A stretch of DNA of 64,000 bases from an uncultured delta proteobacterium (GCA_963778115.1 CAVZSV010000004.1:608001-672000); one strand, 5' to 3'; shown: positions 10,833 to 21,709, counted from the first letter of the stretch. Program-made: numbers and translations. Notes: generated by a model from the sequence alone, not told the origin.

Positions 10833-11609
10833 ATCGTTATTGAAGAAGTCGTGAGTCTTTAGACATTCAAGTAGCTGTTGAGAGTATTGAATGTGGGACT
10901 CTTTGGTGTACTTCACGGTAGTGTAAACTTGAGCAAGATTTTTCACTCCCGATTCTTCAATGAGAACTTTTAGATCGGGAAATGTCATGTAGCGATTCCA
11001 GCCATTAACATCTCGTTCCTTATAAATGCGATTGATGTCATCACAACGATAGTCTTGATAGGTATCTTTGTGGATCATGCCCTCAAGAGGCAAACGATCT
11101 CGGATTGCGGGATTCTCATCGGGATATCCCAAGACGAATCCTGTGACCGGGACCACATTGTCCGGACAATTTAGAATCTTTGCTATCTGTCCACAACTGG
11201 CAAGCGTTGTCCCCATGTAACAGATTCCTAAACCAAGAGATTCGGCGGTAAGCACCGCGTTTTGAGCCGCAATGACCGCATCGATAGTCCCGATCATAAA
11301 ACTCATAAAATTATCGAAGTTGTCTTTAGCATCGCGCTCTTTCAGCCAAACACGCATGCGATGAAAGTCGCTGCAAAAAGTCATAACGACGGGCGCTTCC
11401 AATACCATCTTCTGCTTGAAATGAGGTTCAAAGAGTCTCTCTTTGATCTGCTTATCCGTGGTGATGATAATGGAATAGGACTGCATGTTTCCCGAAGAGG
11501 ATCCTCTAAGTGCCGCTGCTAATACTTTCTGTAACAGAGGTTCCGGTATCGGGTCTGATTTATATTTTCGAATGGAACGATGGCTTGCTACTACATCTGA
11601 AAAAGTCAT
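10827..11609 (-). CDS. NfsA-like nitroreductase
   Basis: HRSIRKY, SSSGNMQSYSII, DAVIAAQN..AESLGLGICYMG, GYPDENP..RDRLP. Confidence 0.9.
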   Translation of the reverse strand: MTFSDVVASHRSIRKYKSDPIPEPLLQKVLAAALRGSSSGNMQSYSIIITTDKQIKERLFEPHFKQKMVLEAPVVMTFCSDFHRMRVWLKERDAKDNFDNFMSFMIGTIDAVIAAQNAVLTAESLGLGICYMGTTLASCGQIAKILNCPDNVVPVTGFVLGYPDENPAIRDRLPLEGMIHKDTYQDYRCDDINRIYKERDVNGWNRYMTFPDLKVLIEESGVKNLAQVYTTVKYTKESHIQYSQQLLECLKTHDFFNNDL

Positions 11610-11713
11610 GCGTACAACATAGCCGATAGAAGAGTCGTGCGAAAGTAGGGAAGCGAACGGACTGCGAAAGGAAAGCATTCAATAGGAAGAAACTCTAGTT
11701 ATTACGAGAAAGC

Positions 11714-11935
11714 TTATTTGCCGAAATAACCAATCGCGATATTCGAACAAACTTCAGAGGGATTGGCCAGCGAAGGATTGTATTCGACACAGGCGTTGAT
11801 CCAACCCGTAGCGTCTCCGACGTAGGCTTTAGGGTCCGGCAGATTCACATGGCTGACGGTTTGATCTGCGATAACGGCTTTGGATACGAAGAGTCCGACC
11901 AAAAGAATCATGAAGAAGGTAGTGTTGCGTTTCAT
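11714..11935 (-). CDS. Small secreted protein with two Cys
   Basis: Signal peptide, RBS GGAGA, sigma54-like promoter upstream. Confidence 0.6.
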   Translation of the reverse strand: MKRNTTFFMILLVGLFVSKAVIADQTVSHVNLPDPKAYVGDATGWINACVEYNPSLANPSEVCSNIAIGYFGK

Positions 11936-11991
11936 TGTTCCATCTCCTGTTTATCAATCTAAGTGACCCAAGTTGCGTTGCTACTAGATAG

Positions 11992-12007
11992 AGCAATCGC
12001 AATGCCA
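11992..12007 (-). promoter_or_regulatory. sigma54 (-24/-12) promoter candidate
   Basis: TGGCAT-TGCGA-TTGCT on the minus strand, upstream of ATG 11935. Confidence 0.55.
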
Positions 12008-12395
12008 CTACGCGACAACTTCATTAAAGAATGCCTTTGCCGCGCAAATCCATTCAGTTACGGCAGTACTTCACGATTGCGCTGAATACGTGCGGTCTTC
12101 ACCAAAGACTCTCTGTTCAGTCACTACACAGGGACGGACCCCGCATTCCGCCATTCTTTCGATGGGTTACAAGCCAAACAAGGCGAGTGTCCAAAATGAG
12201 GACAGCCAAGACATCCTAAGTTATTGAATTCATGAAATAAGATCTCGACTGGGGCGGGCGCTATCAAACGAGTGACAAGTGCCTAGCGATCGAACAGCCG
12301 AAAAATAAATCGGCGTATACACGCAGTGTCGGGTTTCTTTGTTTTACTGAACTTCTATAATGGAATTACCGATGGGAACAAAAGGGGTGTGTGGT

Positions 12396-15300
12396 ATGGG
12401 GCAATTTATTTTCAGAAAATTTGGGACGGCGCTCCTCATTCTTGGCCTAATGGCGCTTCCAGAGTGCGGTTGGCTAGGTAACGCTCAGATAACCTCAAGT
12501 GGAGCGTCCCAGATACAATCGACGGGCAACACGGGCTCAAACCCCATTGGTACTATCGGAACGACAAGTACTGCGGCAGCACTTAGCCTGAATATGACAT
12601 CACCGATGACGGAGTCCCAGTGCTGGGGAGCGGCGGTTACTTATAATAGTGGAGGAGCGGCTTCACCAGTTCCTCTAACGACAACAATCGCTTTGTACGC
12701 AGCGAGTACGGTGACGTTTTTTTCCGATCCGGGTTGTAGCAATTCGATCGCGTCGGTAACTCTCGCGGCCGGATCGACGACAGCACCTTTCTGGGTCGCC
12801 ATCAGCCAGACAGGAACACTTTCCATTACGGCACAGGTCACCGCAGGAAGTTCGGCTACACCGGCGGTGGGCTCAATGACGGTGAACGCAACGGCTCCAG
12901 CTACGGTACCTACCAGCCTTCTGGTGAGCGGAGCTACACAGATTTTGGCCGGAACTTGCGTCGGATATTCGGCGGTTCTCGTAAACGCTCAGAATATTCC
13001 TTTAGGATTTACCACGGCTTCCCAGCTTCTACTAAGCGGGGGAGGATCGGGAACGTTGTATTACGCAAGTACCGATAGTACTTGCAGCCAAGGTTCCGTC
13101 ACATCGCTTACGATCCCCGCCAATCAAGCAGTGACTACCTTTTTTATGCGGCGAACGGTTACCGGTTCTGGTTCTATTCTAGCCAATGAAGGAAATCTGA
13201 ACGGCTCCCTTCCCGTGTTAACAACGGCGGGAAATCCAAATCAATTGGTCGTTCAAGGCCCTTCAACCATCGACAATAACAGCTGTGGAGTCTATTCAGT
13301 ATTAGTGGAAGACATCGTGGGAAATTCCACGATGTTTTCAAGCAGCCAAGTCATCACACTTGCTGATAACGGTGTGGGAACGCTATATTCGGATTCGGCT
13401 TGTACTCAAGCTGCGACTAGCTTGTCATTACCCGCTAATACTACGGGTGCAAATTTCTACTTCCTTAGTACGACAGGCGGAACTGCGACGCTTACCGCGT
13501 CGAACTCCTCAGTTACACCAGGAAGTCTTGCAGTAAATGTAATTAATGTTGGGCCTGGAAAACCTGCGAAACTTAGTTTTACGGCGCCGGGAACAGTGAC
13601 TACGGTCGGAACCTGCTACGGTCCTTACACCATCAATGAACTTGATGTGAACAACGTATTAATTCCCAATCCTCCAGCGGATGTCATAAGTCTTACGAGC
13701 ACCGGAAACGGAGTGTTCTATAGCGACGGGGGTTGTCAGTATTTTACTAACTCCACGACTCCAGGAACGTCTTTCTTTTATTTGGATAAGCGAGCAGAAG
13801 GGCCTTTCAATCTCAATGCGAATGATACTACGACGGCTCTAGGATCGGCTACGCAACCTCTCACGGTAAACGCGGGTACGGCTGCCGGAGTGACGCTACT
13901 TGCGCAACAAACGACTTTTTCCGCTGGTAGCTGTGTGCCCTTTGTAGCGGCGTTCGTGGATGCTTACGGAAACACAACGCCGGTCTTGAGCACGACGAAG
14001 GTAACCATCGCGGAGTCATCGCTCACACTGGCGGGCTATTATGCCGACTCGAGTTGCCAAAACAGCTTGAACACTACCACGAGTTCCACAGTTTCCACGG
14101 GGAACGGGGCGCCTACAGTAACTACGACAAGTACTCAGTTGCAATTCACGGCAGGGACGTATCAGCAGACCTTTTATATGGTAGCGACTCAGTCCGGCCA
14201 AGGAGTCATGACGGCATCGAGTACGGGACTCAATTCGGCAAATCTAAATATTACGGTCAATCCAGGCGCCCCAACTCAAATTACCCTTATTCATTCGCCT
14301 ACGACGGTCACTATCAACGCGTGTTCGGGCGGCTTCACGTTTGAACTCTTAGACCAATACAACAACCCCACGACGGCTACAGCTACGACGACGTTCACCA
14401 TCACGATCAGTTCGGGGACGGGGGTCTTTTTCCCTGTGAATGGCTGTTCGGGAACGCCAACAAATACGGTAACTTTTGGATCGGGCACAGGAACCCAGAC
14501 TGTGTACTTTGAAGGGACCTCACCAGGACCAATAGTAAGTATCATTCAAACGGGAGGATATCCCCCGGTCACGTTCACCTTTAATGAAAATTCGGCGGGG
14601 CCAGTGAGCATTGCGCTAAATGGCCTTTCGCCTTTGCCTGCGGTGAGCCCAGGACAAGGGGTAGATGGGCAGTGTTTACCGTTTCAGCTTTCGTTGGTCG
14701 ATGCGCTCAATAATCCTTCGGCCGCTTCGACAGCAATTCCAGCTACGATCTCAGTGGTGGGAATGGGGACGGAGCTACTTTTTTCGGATAGCGCGTGCAG
14801 CAATCCCCTTACTTCCGGTGCTATCACGATCGCGGCACAAACGAGTTCGATCAATTTTTACTACATGGGTAAGGGAACGGGCAGTCAGGTTCTTACTGCG
14901 ATGTCACCAAATCTCAATACCGGAACCTACACGGTTGTATTGACGGCCGGACCAGCAGCATCCTTCGCACTCTCAGGCCCCACGACCGGAACTGCTGGCG
15001 TGTGCTCCGGACCGTTCCAAATCACAGCCAATGATGCGTACGGAAATCCAACATCCGCTCCGGGAGCCACATTTAAGTTAACGGGTTCGGGAAAGGGATT
15101 TTTCTACAGCGATTCCACTTGCACGACCACTATTACTTCCGTGTCCATGACCGCTCCCTATGTAAGCAGTCAGTTTTATCTTAATGATGACACCGCAGAG
15201 TGTCTCACACTTCAAGCAAGCACTGGAACTACGGCCTCGAATGTATGGGCGTTCACCGAAACACCCAACTCTCCTTCGATTATTGCGTTCAACGGCCCTT

Positions 15301-16214
15301 CTCAAGGAGCCTCTAGTGCCTGTATTGGCCCGATTACTTTCTTGGTGGAAGATCAGTACGGAAACGTTATCGTAGATCCGGTGAACGATCGTACGTTTTC
15401 GTTGTCGGAAAGTCCTGCGACCATTCCGTTGCAAAATAAGGGATGTACCGCCCCGATTAATATGGCAACGATTGCACATGGGACGACTAGTTCCACGGGA
15501 ATCTATTTTTCAGCAAGCACGACGACAAATGCAGTGGTAACGGTGGCTCAAACGAGCCCACCGCTTCTTTCGTTGCAGGGAATATTGGACATTGCAGTCG
15601 TAGTGGCCCCTCCTCCTCCACCGCCGCCACCACCGGTCTGTACGACTCAAGTTACAAGCGCTTCGATACCAGGAACAGCCCATCCGATTATGGATTACGG
15701 TGTCGGGTATTTGAAATGCGTTATCAACGGACAGGTTGTCGACGGTTCCCAGAACCAGTCTACTTGTAACTATGACAACTGGGGATATCGCACGGGCAAT
15801 CAGTGCCAGTACAACATGCAGGGCTCTACGGCCCCTATTCTATTAAGAACGGGCCTGGTCCCTGGCGAAACCCTCAAGGTCGGCAGTTTATCAGGGACGG
15901 TGGTAGCATCGGTAAGCCCTTTTTCTTCTAAGACCTGTACTCAACCGGGAGGGGCGAATCTGCCAACTCCCCGTGGTTTGCCGCTACTTCAGTTTGCAGA
16001 TGCGTCGGGGAAAGTAGTCCCCTTACCCAGCGTAGATAATTCATTGAATGACCAGGGCGTTAACGCGTTTTCAGCACTTTCGCTAATGAGCGCGTCCATT
16101 GTAGTGCCGCCCAAAGCGGTAGCACTCTATGGAAGCTGGCCTGATAACGTGTACAGCGACAACTCAGGTTGCTGCTCCCTAACGATCATCTCCACGATTT
16201 GCACTACCCCATAG
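12396..16214 (+). CDS. Large Ser/Thr/Gly-rich surface protein with ~9 Cys-paired beta-rich repeats, poly-Pro linker and Cys-rich C-terminal domain
   Basis: Recurring [FLY][FY]SDxxC motif about every 105-130 aa; signal peptide/possible lipobox; RBS AAGGGG before ATG 12396. Confidence 0.8.
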   Translation: MGQFIFRKFGTALLILGLMALPECGWLGNAQITSSGASQIQSTGNTGSNPIGTIGTTSTAAALSLNMTSPMTESQCWGAAVTYNSGGAASPVPLTTTIALYAASTVTFFSDPGCSNSIASVTLAAGSTTAPFWVAISQTGTLSITAQVTAGSSATPAVGSMTVNATAPATVPTSLLVSGATQILAGTCVGYSAVLVNAQNIPLGFTTASQLLLSGGGSGTLYYASTDSTCSQGSVTSLTIPANQAVTTFFMRRTVTGSGSILANEGNLNGSLPVLTTAGNPNQLVVQGPSTIDNNSCGVYSVLVEDIVGNSTMFSSSQVITLADNGVGTLYSDSACTQAATSLSLPANTTGANFYFLSTTGGTATLTASNSSVTPGSLAVNVINVGPGKPAKLSFTAPGTVTTVGTCYGPYTINELDVNNVLIPNPPADVISLTSTGNGVFYSDGGCQYFTNSTTPGTSFFYLDKRAEGPFNLNANDTTTALGSATQPLTVNAGTAAGVTLLAQQTTFSAGSCVPFVAAFVDAYGNTTPVLSTTKVTIAESSLTLAGYYADSSCQNSLNTTTSSTVSTGNGAPTVTTTSTQLQFTAGTYQQTFYMVATQSGQGVMTASSTGLNSANLNITVNPGAPTQITLIHSPTTVTINACSGGFTFELLDQYNNPTTATATTTFTITISSGTGVFFPVNGCSGTPTNTVTFGSGTGTQTVYFEGTSPGPIVSIIQTGGYPPVTFTFNENSAGPVSIALNGLSPLPAVSPGQGVDGQCLPFQLSLVDALNNPSAASTAIPATISVVGMGTELLFSDSACSNPLTSGAITIAAQTSSINFYYMGKGTGSQVLTAMSPNLNTGTYTVVLTAGPAASFALSGPTTGTAGVCSGPFQITANDAYGNPTSAPGATFKLTGSGKGFFYSDSTCTTTITSVSMTAPYVSSQFYLNDDTAECLTLQASTGTTASNVWAFTETPNSPSIIAFNGPSQGASSACIGPITFLVEDQYGNVIVDPVNDRTFSLSESPATIPLQNKGCTAPINMATIAHGTTSSTGIYFSASTTTNAVVTVAQTSPPLLSLQGILDIAVVVAPPPPPPPPPVCTTQVTSASIPGTAHPIMDYGVGYLKCVINGQVVDGSQNQSTCNYDNWGYRTGNQCQYNMQGSTAPILLRTGLVPGETLKVGSLSGTVVASVSPFSSKTCTQPGGANLPTPRGLPLLQFADASGKVVPLPSVDNSLNDQGVNAFSALSLMSASIVVPPKAVALYGSWPDNVYSDNSGCCSLTIISTICTTP

Positions 16215-16228
16215 CTTTATTATTGATC

Positions 16229-16240
16229 GGGGGACGGAGG
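16229..16240 (+). repeat. REP-like motif GGGGGACGGAGG; inverted copies at 17311-17320 and 4163-4174
   Basis: GGGGACGGAG (16230-16239) and CTCCGTCCCC (17311-17320) bracket the RAYT gene. Confidence 0.5.
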
Positions 16241-16393
16241 CGGTTTCTTGCCCGAGTCCCCATGAACGGCATTGAGCGAGCACTGACTCAGGAAGGAGGT
16301 GATTTTTCTGGAAACTTTATTCCCCCTCTAACCGATCGGCACGCTTCCTACTGGTTATTGACCGGAAAATCTATCATAGATTAATCCTGTGCT

Positions 16394-17089
16394 ATGGCAC
16401 GACTTCCCCGCTCGTTATCCGTCCAGTCAGATTCTCGGGTCCATAAAATTTGGCGTGGGCATAATCGCGAGTGGAATTTAGGAACAGACGAACAAAAATC
16501 TCGCTATCTCGACTTTCTTAATGACGATTTAGAATCTAAGAAGCATCACGCGGGCTCCGAGGTTCAAGCAATATGCCTCATGTCGAATCATACCCACGAA
16601 TTGTACAATGTACTTAAAGCTACTGAGTTCTCGAACCACATGCGTAGACACCATTCGCGTTATGGTATGTATTTTAATAGGCAAAATGGCAGGAGCGGAA
16701 AAGTTGCTGAAGACCGTCCCAAAACCTGTCTTATCGCTGACGAAGAGCATGAAATGAAGACCGTCTTCTATATCCATGCTAACCCTATTCGCGCCCACAT
16801 CGTAAAAGATGCTCGGGACTACAGATGGTCAACTCATAAACTTTACGCCTTTGGCAAAAAAGAAGAATGGATGAAAAATATCAGGCTCCCTGATTGGTAC
16901 ATGAAGCTCGGTAAGAATATGCAGCAAAGGCAAAGAAAATACCGGCAACTCTTTGTTCAATTCCTAAAAACCTTTGGAGTAACCCGACAGAACTTTCTTC
17001 ACTCGTTATTTTACGGCCCCCCATTGTGGATGCAAGAAAGGCGTAAGCTAGTATCAAAATGGTCACGCGAACGTTCGCCCCCACGATAA
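16394..17089 (+). mobile_element. REP-associated tyrosine transposase (RAYT; Y1 HUH family)
   Basis: MARLPR, H..WRGHNR, CLMSNHTH (HUH), YFNRQNGRSG, YIHANPIRA (catalytic Tyr), YRWST. Confidence 0.85.
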
Positions 17090-17265
17090 AGCAACTGCCA
17101 AAAATAAGTTCCCAAGGGGAACGTTTGTCTTCATTTCAAGGTTTCTTGAGATTTCATTCTTCCAACAGAAATTCTGTTTCACCCGATCAAGAAGCTCGCT
17201 GATTCCGTCTTTTCCTTACAGCCCTTTGATGCTTACCTGATTAGCTAAGAAAGCATTCTTTATGC

Positions 17266-17289
17266 ACGCACTTACGCACTTACGCACTT
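17266..17289 (+). repeat. Tandem 8-mer ACGCACTT x3
   Basis: Read directly; a single copy also at 4263-4270. Confidence 0.85.
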
Positions 17290-17408
17290 AGGAAAAATGC
17301 GTAAAAAGAGCTCCGTCCCCAGTGAGTCTCCGCCAGAGATATTACGGATAGCTTTTCTTTGGACACTGTATTCGTCGCGAACACGCGCAACTTAGGTTTG
17401 CATCGATT

Positions 17409-17424
17409 TGGCACTCCCGTTGCT
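17409..17424 (+). promoter_or_regulatory. sigma54 promoter candidate
   Basis: TGGCAC-TCCCG-TTGCT, matches consensus, upstream of ATG 17466. Confidence 0.65.
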
Positions 17425-17465
17425 CATTATTCCCCTATACGAGTTGTGCGCGCTGCGGAGGCCTA

Positions 17466-18128
17466 ATGCGAGCTGTGCTGTGTGGATTAGCTATACAATT
17501 TCTTCTGATTACCTGCCCTTGCGCCTTGGCGGAACATGACGTCACTGCAAACGATGGTCGAGCCGGCAGCTATGCCGCGCCCTCTGCCGGGTGCGCGTAC
17601 GGCCCTGGCCCATGCTCAGTGCGAGACGCCGGAACCTGTTTCGTTCCCATGGGGGCCTCTCCGGCTTTCGTTTACACCGCCCCTCCAAGTGTTCCAGGGG
17701 CAAATGCCAAGGCCGCTACTCCCCCTCCATCAGCGTCAAAGTCTGACCAATCGGCTGAACTCTCCCCCGAGGAATCAAGAACAGAGCCCGCCTCGGTGAG
17801 GTCAAAAGATGGCGCTTCCCAGCCTCCGTCCCCGTCTGGGTCTTCCGCGGGCGCAGCCCCAAATAGTCGTGCTGCCCGCACCGAGCCTTCCGATTCTTCG
17901 AATTTAGAGCGGGGTAAAACAGAAGCTAAAACCAACCTGGAAGATAAAATGGCCGCTCTCGTTTCCAGTCGCTGCACCGGCTGTCACGAGAAAAAAAACT
18001 CTGACGACATCGCTAATCTCTTCACCGGCAAAACCGCCATGCCCGATGACATGAACAGCGTCCTGACCTCCCTCAGCAGCTCCGACCGAGCCCTCCTAAG
18101 GGAGTGGGCCCTAGCCCACTCCCATTAG
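17466..18128 (+). CDS. Secreted protein with low-complexity linker and C-terminal c-type heme motif
   Basis: Signal peptide; CTGCH and a later MP (possible axial Met). Confidence 0.6.
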   Translation: MRAVLCGLAIQFLLITCPCALAEHDVTANDGRAGSYAAPSAGCAYGPGPCSVRDAGTCFVPMGASPAFVYTAPPSVPGANAKAATPPPSASKSDQSAELSPEESRTEPASVRSKDGASQPPSPSGSSAGAAPNSRAARTEPSDSSNLERGKTEAKTNLEDKMAALVSSRCTGCHEKKNSDDIANLFTGKTAMPDDMNSVLTSLSSSDRALLREWALAHSH

Positions 18129-18139
18129 CGTTCTTACTC

Positions 18140-19591
18140 TTATTTCGCTGAAGCCGATTTCTCACCGCCCGTATTTGCCGGATCCGTCGCTTCAAAAATA
18201 TGCCAGGCCTTCAAATACCCCAGTGCCTGCTGCAACTGATAATCCGTCTTTATCAACTCCTTCGGGTCGTCGACACGGACCTTCTTCCCATCCTTTTCCT
18301 GAATAGGTCTCTTGTCCTTGTCTTTCGTCTTGTCGTCGTCGCCGCCCTTCGTAATTTTCGTCGGGTCATCATCATCCGCCGACTTCGTCTCCCCGTCCGG
18401 ATTCACCAAATGGCCCTCCAAATCGGCCTCTCTCAGCATATGTCCCTTGCGTGCCTTATCGAGTAGCGCCGTATCCAACCTATCCACCACAATATCCGGC
18501 GTAATCCCCAACGACTGAATCGAACGTCCGCTTGGCGTATAATACCGAGCTACTGTCAGTTTCAATCCCGATTTATTTTCAAGATCGATAACCGTCTGCA
18601 CCGAGCCCTTTCCGAACGTCTGTTTCCCCACCACTATCGCTCGCTTTAGGTCCTGCAGCGCTCCCGCCACGATTTCCGATGCACTGGCACTCGCTTCATT
18701 CACAAGCACCACCATCTTGAAATCCTTATACGGATGATCTCCACTCGAATACTCGACCTCCTTCTTGGCCTTATTCCTACCAATCGTCGACACAATCGGG
18801 CTCTTGTCCATAAACAGCCCGGCCACATTCACCGCCTCTTCCAACAGACCTCCCGGATTATTGCGCAGATCGAGAACCACCCCCTTCAACGGATGCTTAT
18901 TCTCCTTCAGCAACGACTCTATTTTCTTTCGCAAATCCCGGCTCGTATTCGCCTGGAACGCCGTCACCCGCAACCACCCATAATCCGGCTCGAGCAACCC
19001 GCCCTTAACACTGGCCACCTTAATAATGTCTCGTTTAATTTCGATGGGAATGAGTTTGTCCGCCCCCTTGCGCGCCACACTAATCGTCACCTTGCTGCCC
19101 TTCTCCCCGCGCATCAAGTTGACCGCCTCTTGAAGCGTCATCCCCTTCGTCTCTTTCTTAATCTTTTTCACCTTGTCTTCAATGACAATAATCTTATCCC
19201 CTGGCTCCACCCCGGCGTAAAACGCTGGCGTGTCTTCAATCGGCGTCACCACCGAAAGGTACCCATCGGTAATCGTTATTTCAATCCCCAGTCCCCCAAA
19301 CTTTCCACTCGTATCCACCTGCATCTCTTTAAACTGTTCCGGCGGTAGATATACCGTGTGAGGGTCGAGAACGCTTAGCATCCCCTTAATCGCTCCCTCA
19401 ATTAACTTCTTCGTGTCGACCTCTTCTACGTAGTTGGCCTGGACGAAGTGCAAAACCTTCGTAAACAAGTCCAAGTACTCATAGTTCGGTGCCGCCTCGC
19501 TACTCTTGTAGTAGCCCAGCCCCACCGTCAAAGTTGCCCCCAGAAAGAACGCCAACAAAGTAGACAGAAAAAGTTGCCCTTTTTTCTTCAT
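18140..19591 (-). CDS. ctpA: Carboxyl-terminal processing protease (S41A)
   Basis: LDPHT, GGLGIEI (PDZ), DLRNNPGG, SASASEI, TFGKGSVQ, YYTPSGRSIQ..GITPD. Confidence 0.95.
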   Translation of the reverse strand: MKKKGQLFLSTLLAFFLGATLTVGLGYYKSSEAAPNYEYLDLFTKVLHFVQANYVEEVDTKKLIEGAIKGMLSVLDPHTVYLPPEQFKEMQVDTSGKFGGLGIEITITDGYLSVVTPIEDTPAFYAGVEPGDKIIVIEDKVKKIKKETKGMTLQEAVNLMRGEKGSKVTISVARKGADKLIPIEIKRDIIKVASVKGGLLEPDYGWLRVTAFQANTSRDLRKKIESLLKENKHPLKGVVLDLRNNPGGLLEEAVNVAGLFMDKSPIVSTIGRNKAKKEVEYSSGDHPYKDFKMVVLVNEASASASEIVAGALQDLKRAIVVGKQTFGKGSVQTVIDLENKSGLKLTVARYYTPSGRSIQSLGITPDIVVDRLDTALLDKARKGHMLREADLEGHLVNPDGETKSADDDDPTKITKGGDDDKTKDKDKRPIQEKDGKKVRVDDPKELIKTDYQLQQALGYLKAWHIFEATDPANTGGEKSASAK

Positions 19592-19855
19592 CGAAAACTC
19601 CTTTGATTCTCTATCGGAAGAAAGGCCGTGATCTTCAAGTAATAAGGACGCCTTTTTTGCGAACCTTCGAAATTGGGCACAATTGGCCGTTCTGGACAGA
19701 ACCTAGACACTAACTTACTCCAAAACTTAAAAAAAGATTCTCAAATTCCGATGTTTAGTAGAGGTGCCGTAAACTCCTTGCGCCCCCGTCCCCATTACTC
19801 TGGGTGTCAAAGAGTCATCTACTGCGCCGCCTCCTAACGCGGAGTATAATTAAGT

Positions 19856-21709
19856 ATGGGTTCACGGCTTAGAATAGTAAAGCGCTCCGAGAGCGGTCAG
19901 GTCGCTATCCTCTTCGCCCTCGTCTTTACCTTTCTCTTTGTCCTATTCGCGTTCGTCGTCGACTTCGGCCACCTCGTCAATGACAAGATCAACCTCCAAA
20001 TCGCCGCCGATTCCGCCGCCTACGCCGGTGCCGCCTGGCAGGCCCGTGAGCTCAACCGCATTGGTGCCGTCAACTATCGCATGCGCCAAGACCTCAAAGA
20101 GTTTGCCATGCGAGTTAACGTGACCCATCTAAGACATAACCGAAATTTCCCTCGTGGTCCCCAATACTATAATGGTGCCCCCCAAGCTCCTCAGGTAGAT
20201 CCCTTCATCTGCCAGCAAGCCGAAGGCTACCGCGCCATCTCCGGCCTTCAATACGCCGCCGACACCAACCTCTGCGCCAACGCCGATCCCTCCACCGGAG
20301 GCCTACCCCCCATCGTCGTCCCCCCCGTCATCGCAAGTTTCGACCCCTTTGCTCAAGCCATCGCCGCTCAGATTCGACAAATTCAACGCGCTGCCGATCA
20401 GGAGTGCGCCGCTGCCGCCGACGATAACCGCATCCTGGCCCAACATCTTATTAACGTTTACACCAACCGCGGAAACTTCCACGCTAACCAAATTAAGCTC
20501 CTAGCCGAATGGCTCAATCAAGTTTCACAGGAGCAAAACCCTGCATCCAGCAGCCATCCCCTAGTACAAGCCGCTTATCAATCAGCCATTAAAAACCTTT
20601 CCGTAAGTAACCAAGATGGATTTCAATTCCAAATTCTTCAACCCACCGGAAACCAGTACATCGATCTCCAAGAAAACCGCGCTCGAGCTAGTATCTTCTA
20701 CATTAACTTCCAAGCCCAGGGCGGCGGTTGCGTCGGTCGTCCCGGCTATATCGATTTTGATGCCTGGCCCGTGGGCTTTACCAAAACCCCAAGTATCGTC
20801 ACCTATTTCGCCGTCAAATTAACTTCCAAGCCACACCTGTTTTTCATGCCGGCTCGATGGGCCGACGATGCTTTCCCTACCTTAGAAGCCTACGCACAGG
20901 CCAAACCTTTCGGCAGTCGCTTAGGCCCCGAGCCCTCCACCGACGAACTGGTTCCTATTCCCAACCGTCCCGGTAATACCAGTCGCCTTATCAATTTCAG
21001 TTTCCGCCCTAACGACAATTTAGGCATCTACAATACCAAGATCATGGCCTATCTAGATGCGCTTCATCCTTACAACAGCATCGGCCGTCCCGATGGCAAT
21101 CAACAAACCGGCTGGCCTGAGCCCAATAAATCCGAAGACATTCGCCAGGCGCTGACTGCCATCCGCGCCCCCACCATTTTCGACGCCATGTTTTACACCG
21201 TATTCCCCGATCCAGGCGCCAACAAAGATACCGACTGGAATGAGCCCCAATACGCCGAAAATCTTTTTCCCGATTATTTAGAAGCTGCCGATCCGCAGCA
21301 GAATAAGATTCTTACTCTTCCCACTCCCCGCACTCCCGCGTACCTACCGACTGGCGTGGGCTCCAAAAACAACGGCTCCGGTTGGGTCCAGATCAATGCG
21401 GATGCCATCGGGGGAAACGACCCCTACGGATCGTATGCTGAAGAACAGATAGCTACCCACTCCGTAACAAGTGCCGTGGGACTTCCTCAGATGAAAGATC
21501 CCCTGGAATTTGGCTGGGCCACTCCCGATCTCATTAACAGCGGCTGGACCCCCGACGGACACCCAGGCCGTATTGGATATTCCGTGAAATTCATCGGAAT
21601 GGACGCGTTAGTCCGAACCTTGCGAGTCAGACACTTTCCCGACGGTAATCTAGGACCCATCGACAATCCCCCTTCCGGCGATCCCAACCTGACCAATATT
21701 TATCATTGA
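19856..21709 (+). CDS. TadG-like Flp pilus-associated protein
   Basis: N-terminal Tad motif SESGQVAILFAL...VVDFG...LQIAADSAAYAGA. Confidence 0.75.
   Translation: MGSRLRIVKRSESGQVAILFALVFTFLFVLFAFVVDFGHLVNDKINLQIAADSAAYAGAAWQARELNRIGAVNYRMRQDLKEFAMRVNVTHLRHNRNFPRGPQYYNGAPQAPQVDPFICQQAEGYRAISGLQYAADTNLCANADPSTGGLPPIVVPPVIASFDPFAQAIAAQIRQIQRAADQECAAAADDNRILAQHLINVYTNRGNFHANQIKLLAEWLNQVSQEQNPASSSHPLVQAAYQSAIKNLSVSNQDGFQFQILQPTGNQYIDLQENRARASIFYINFQAQGGGCVGRPGYIDFDAWPVGFTKTPSIVTYFAVKLTSKPHLFFMPARWADDAFPTLEAYAQAKPFGSRLGPEPSTDELVPIPNRPGNTSRLINFSFRPNDNLGIYNTKIMAYLDALHPYNSIGRPDGNQQTGWPEPNKSEDIRQALTAIRAPTIFDAMFYTVFPDPGANKDTDWNEPQYAENLFPDYLEAADPQQNKILTLPTPRTPAYLPTGVGSKNNGSGWVQINADAIGGNDPYGSYAEEQIATHSVTSAVGLPQMKDPLEFGWATPDLINSGWTPDGHPGRIGYSVKFIGMDALVRTLRVRHFPDGNLGPIDNPPSGDPNLTNIYH

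Noticed and set aside
15607..15635. CCN-rich tract as a DNA repeat element
   Set aside because: It simply encodes the poly-proline linker with mixed codons.
12360..17089. Diversity-generating retroelement acting on the large surface protein
   Set aside because: The adjacent enzyme is an HUH transposase, not a reverse transcriptase, and I saw no TR/VR repeat pair.
18734..19348. 204-aa plus-strand ORF
   Set aside because: Antisense shadow of ctpA; no recognisable motifs.
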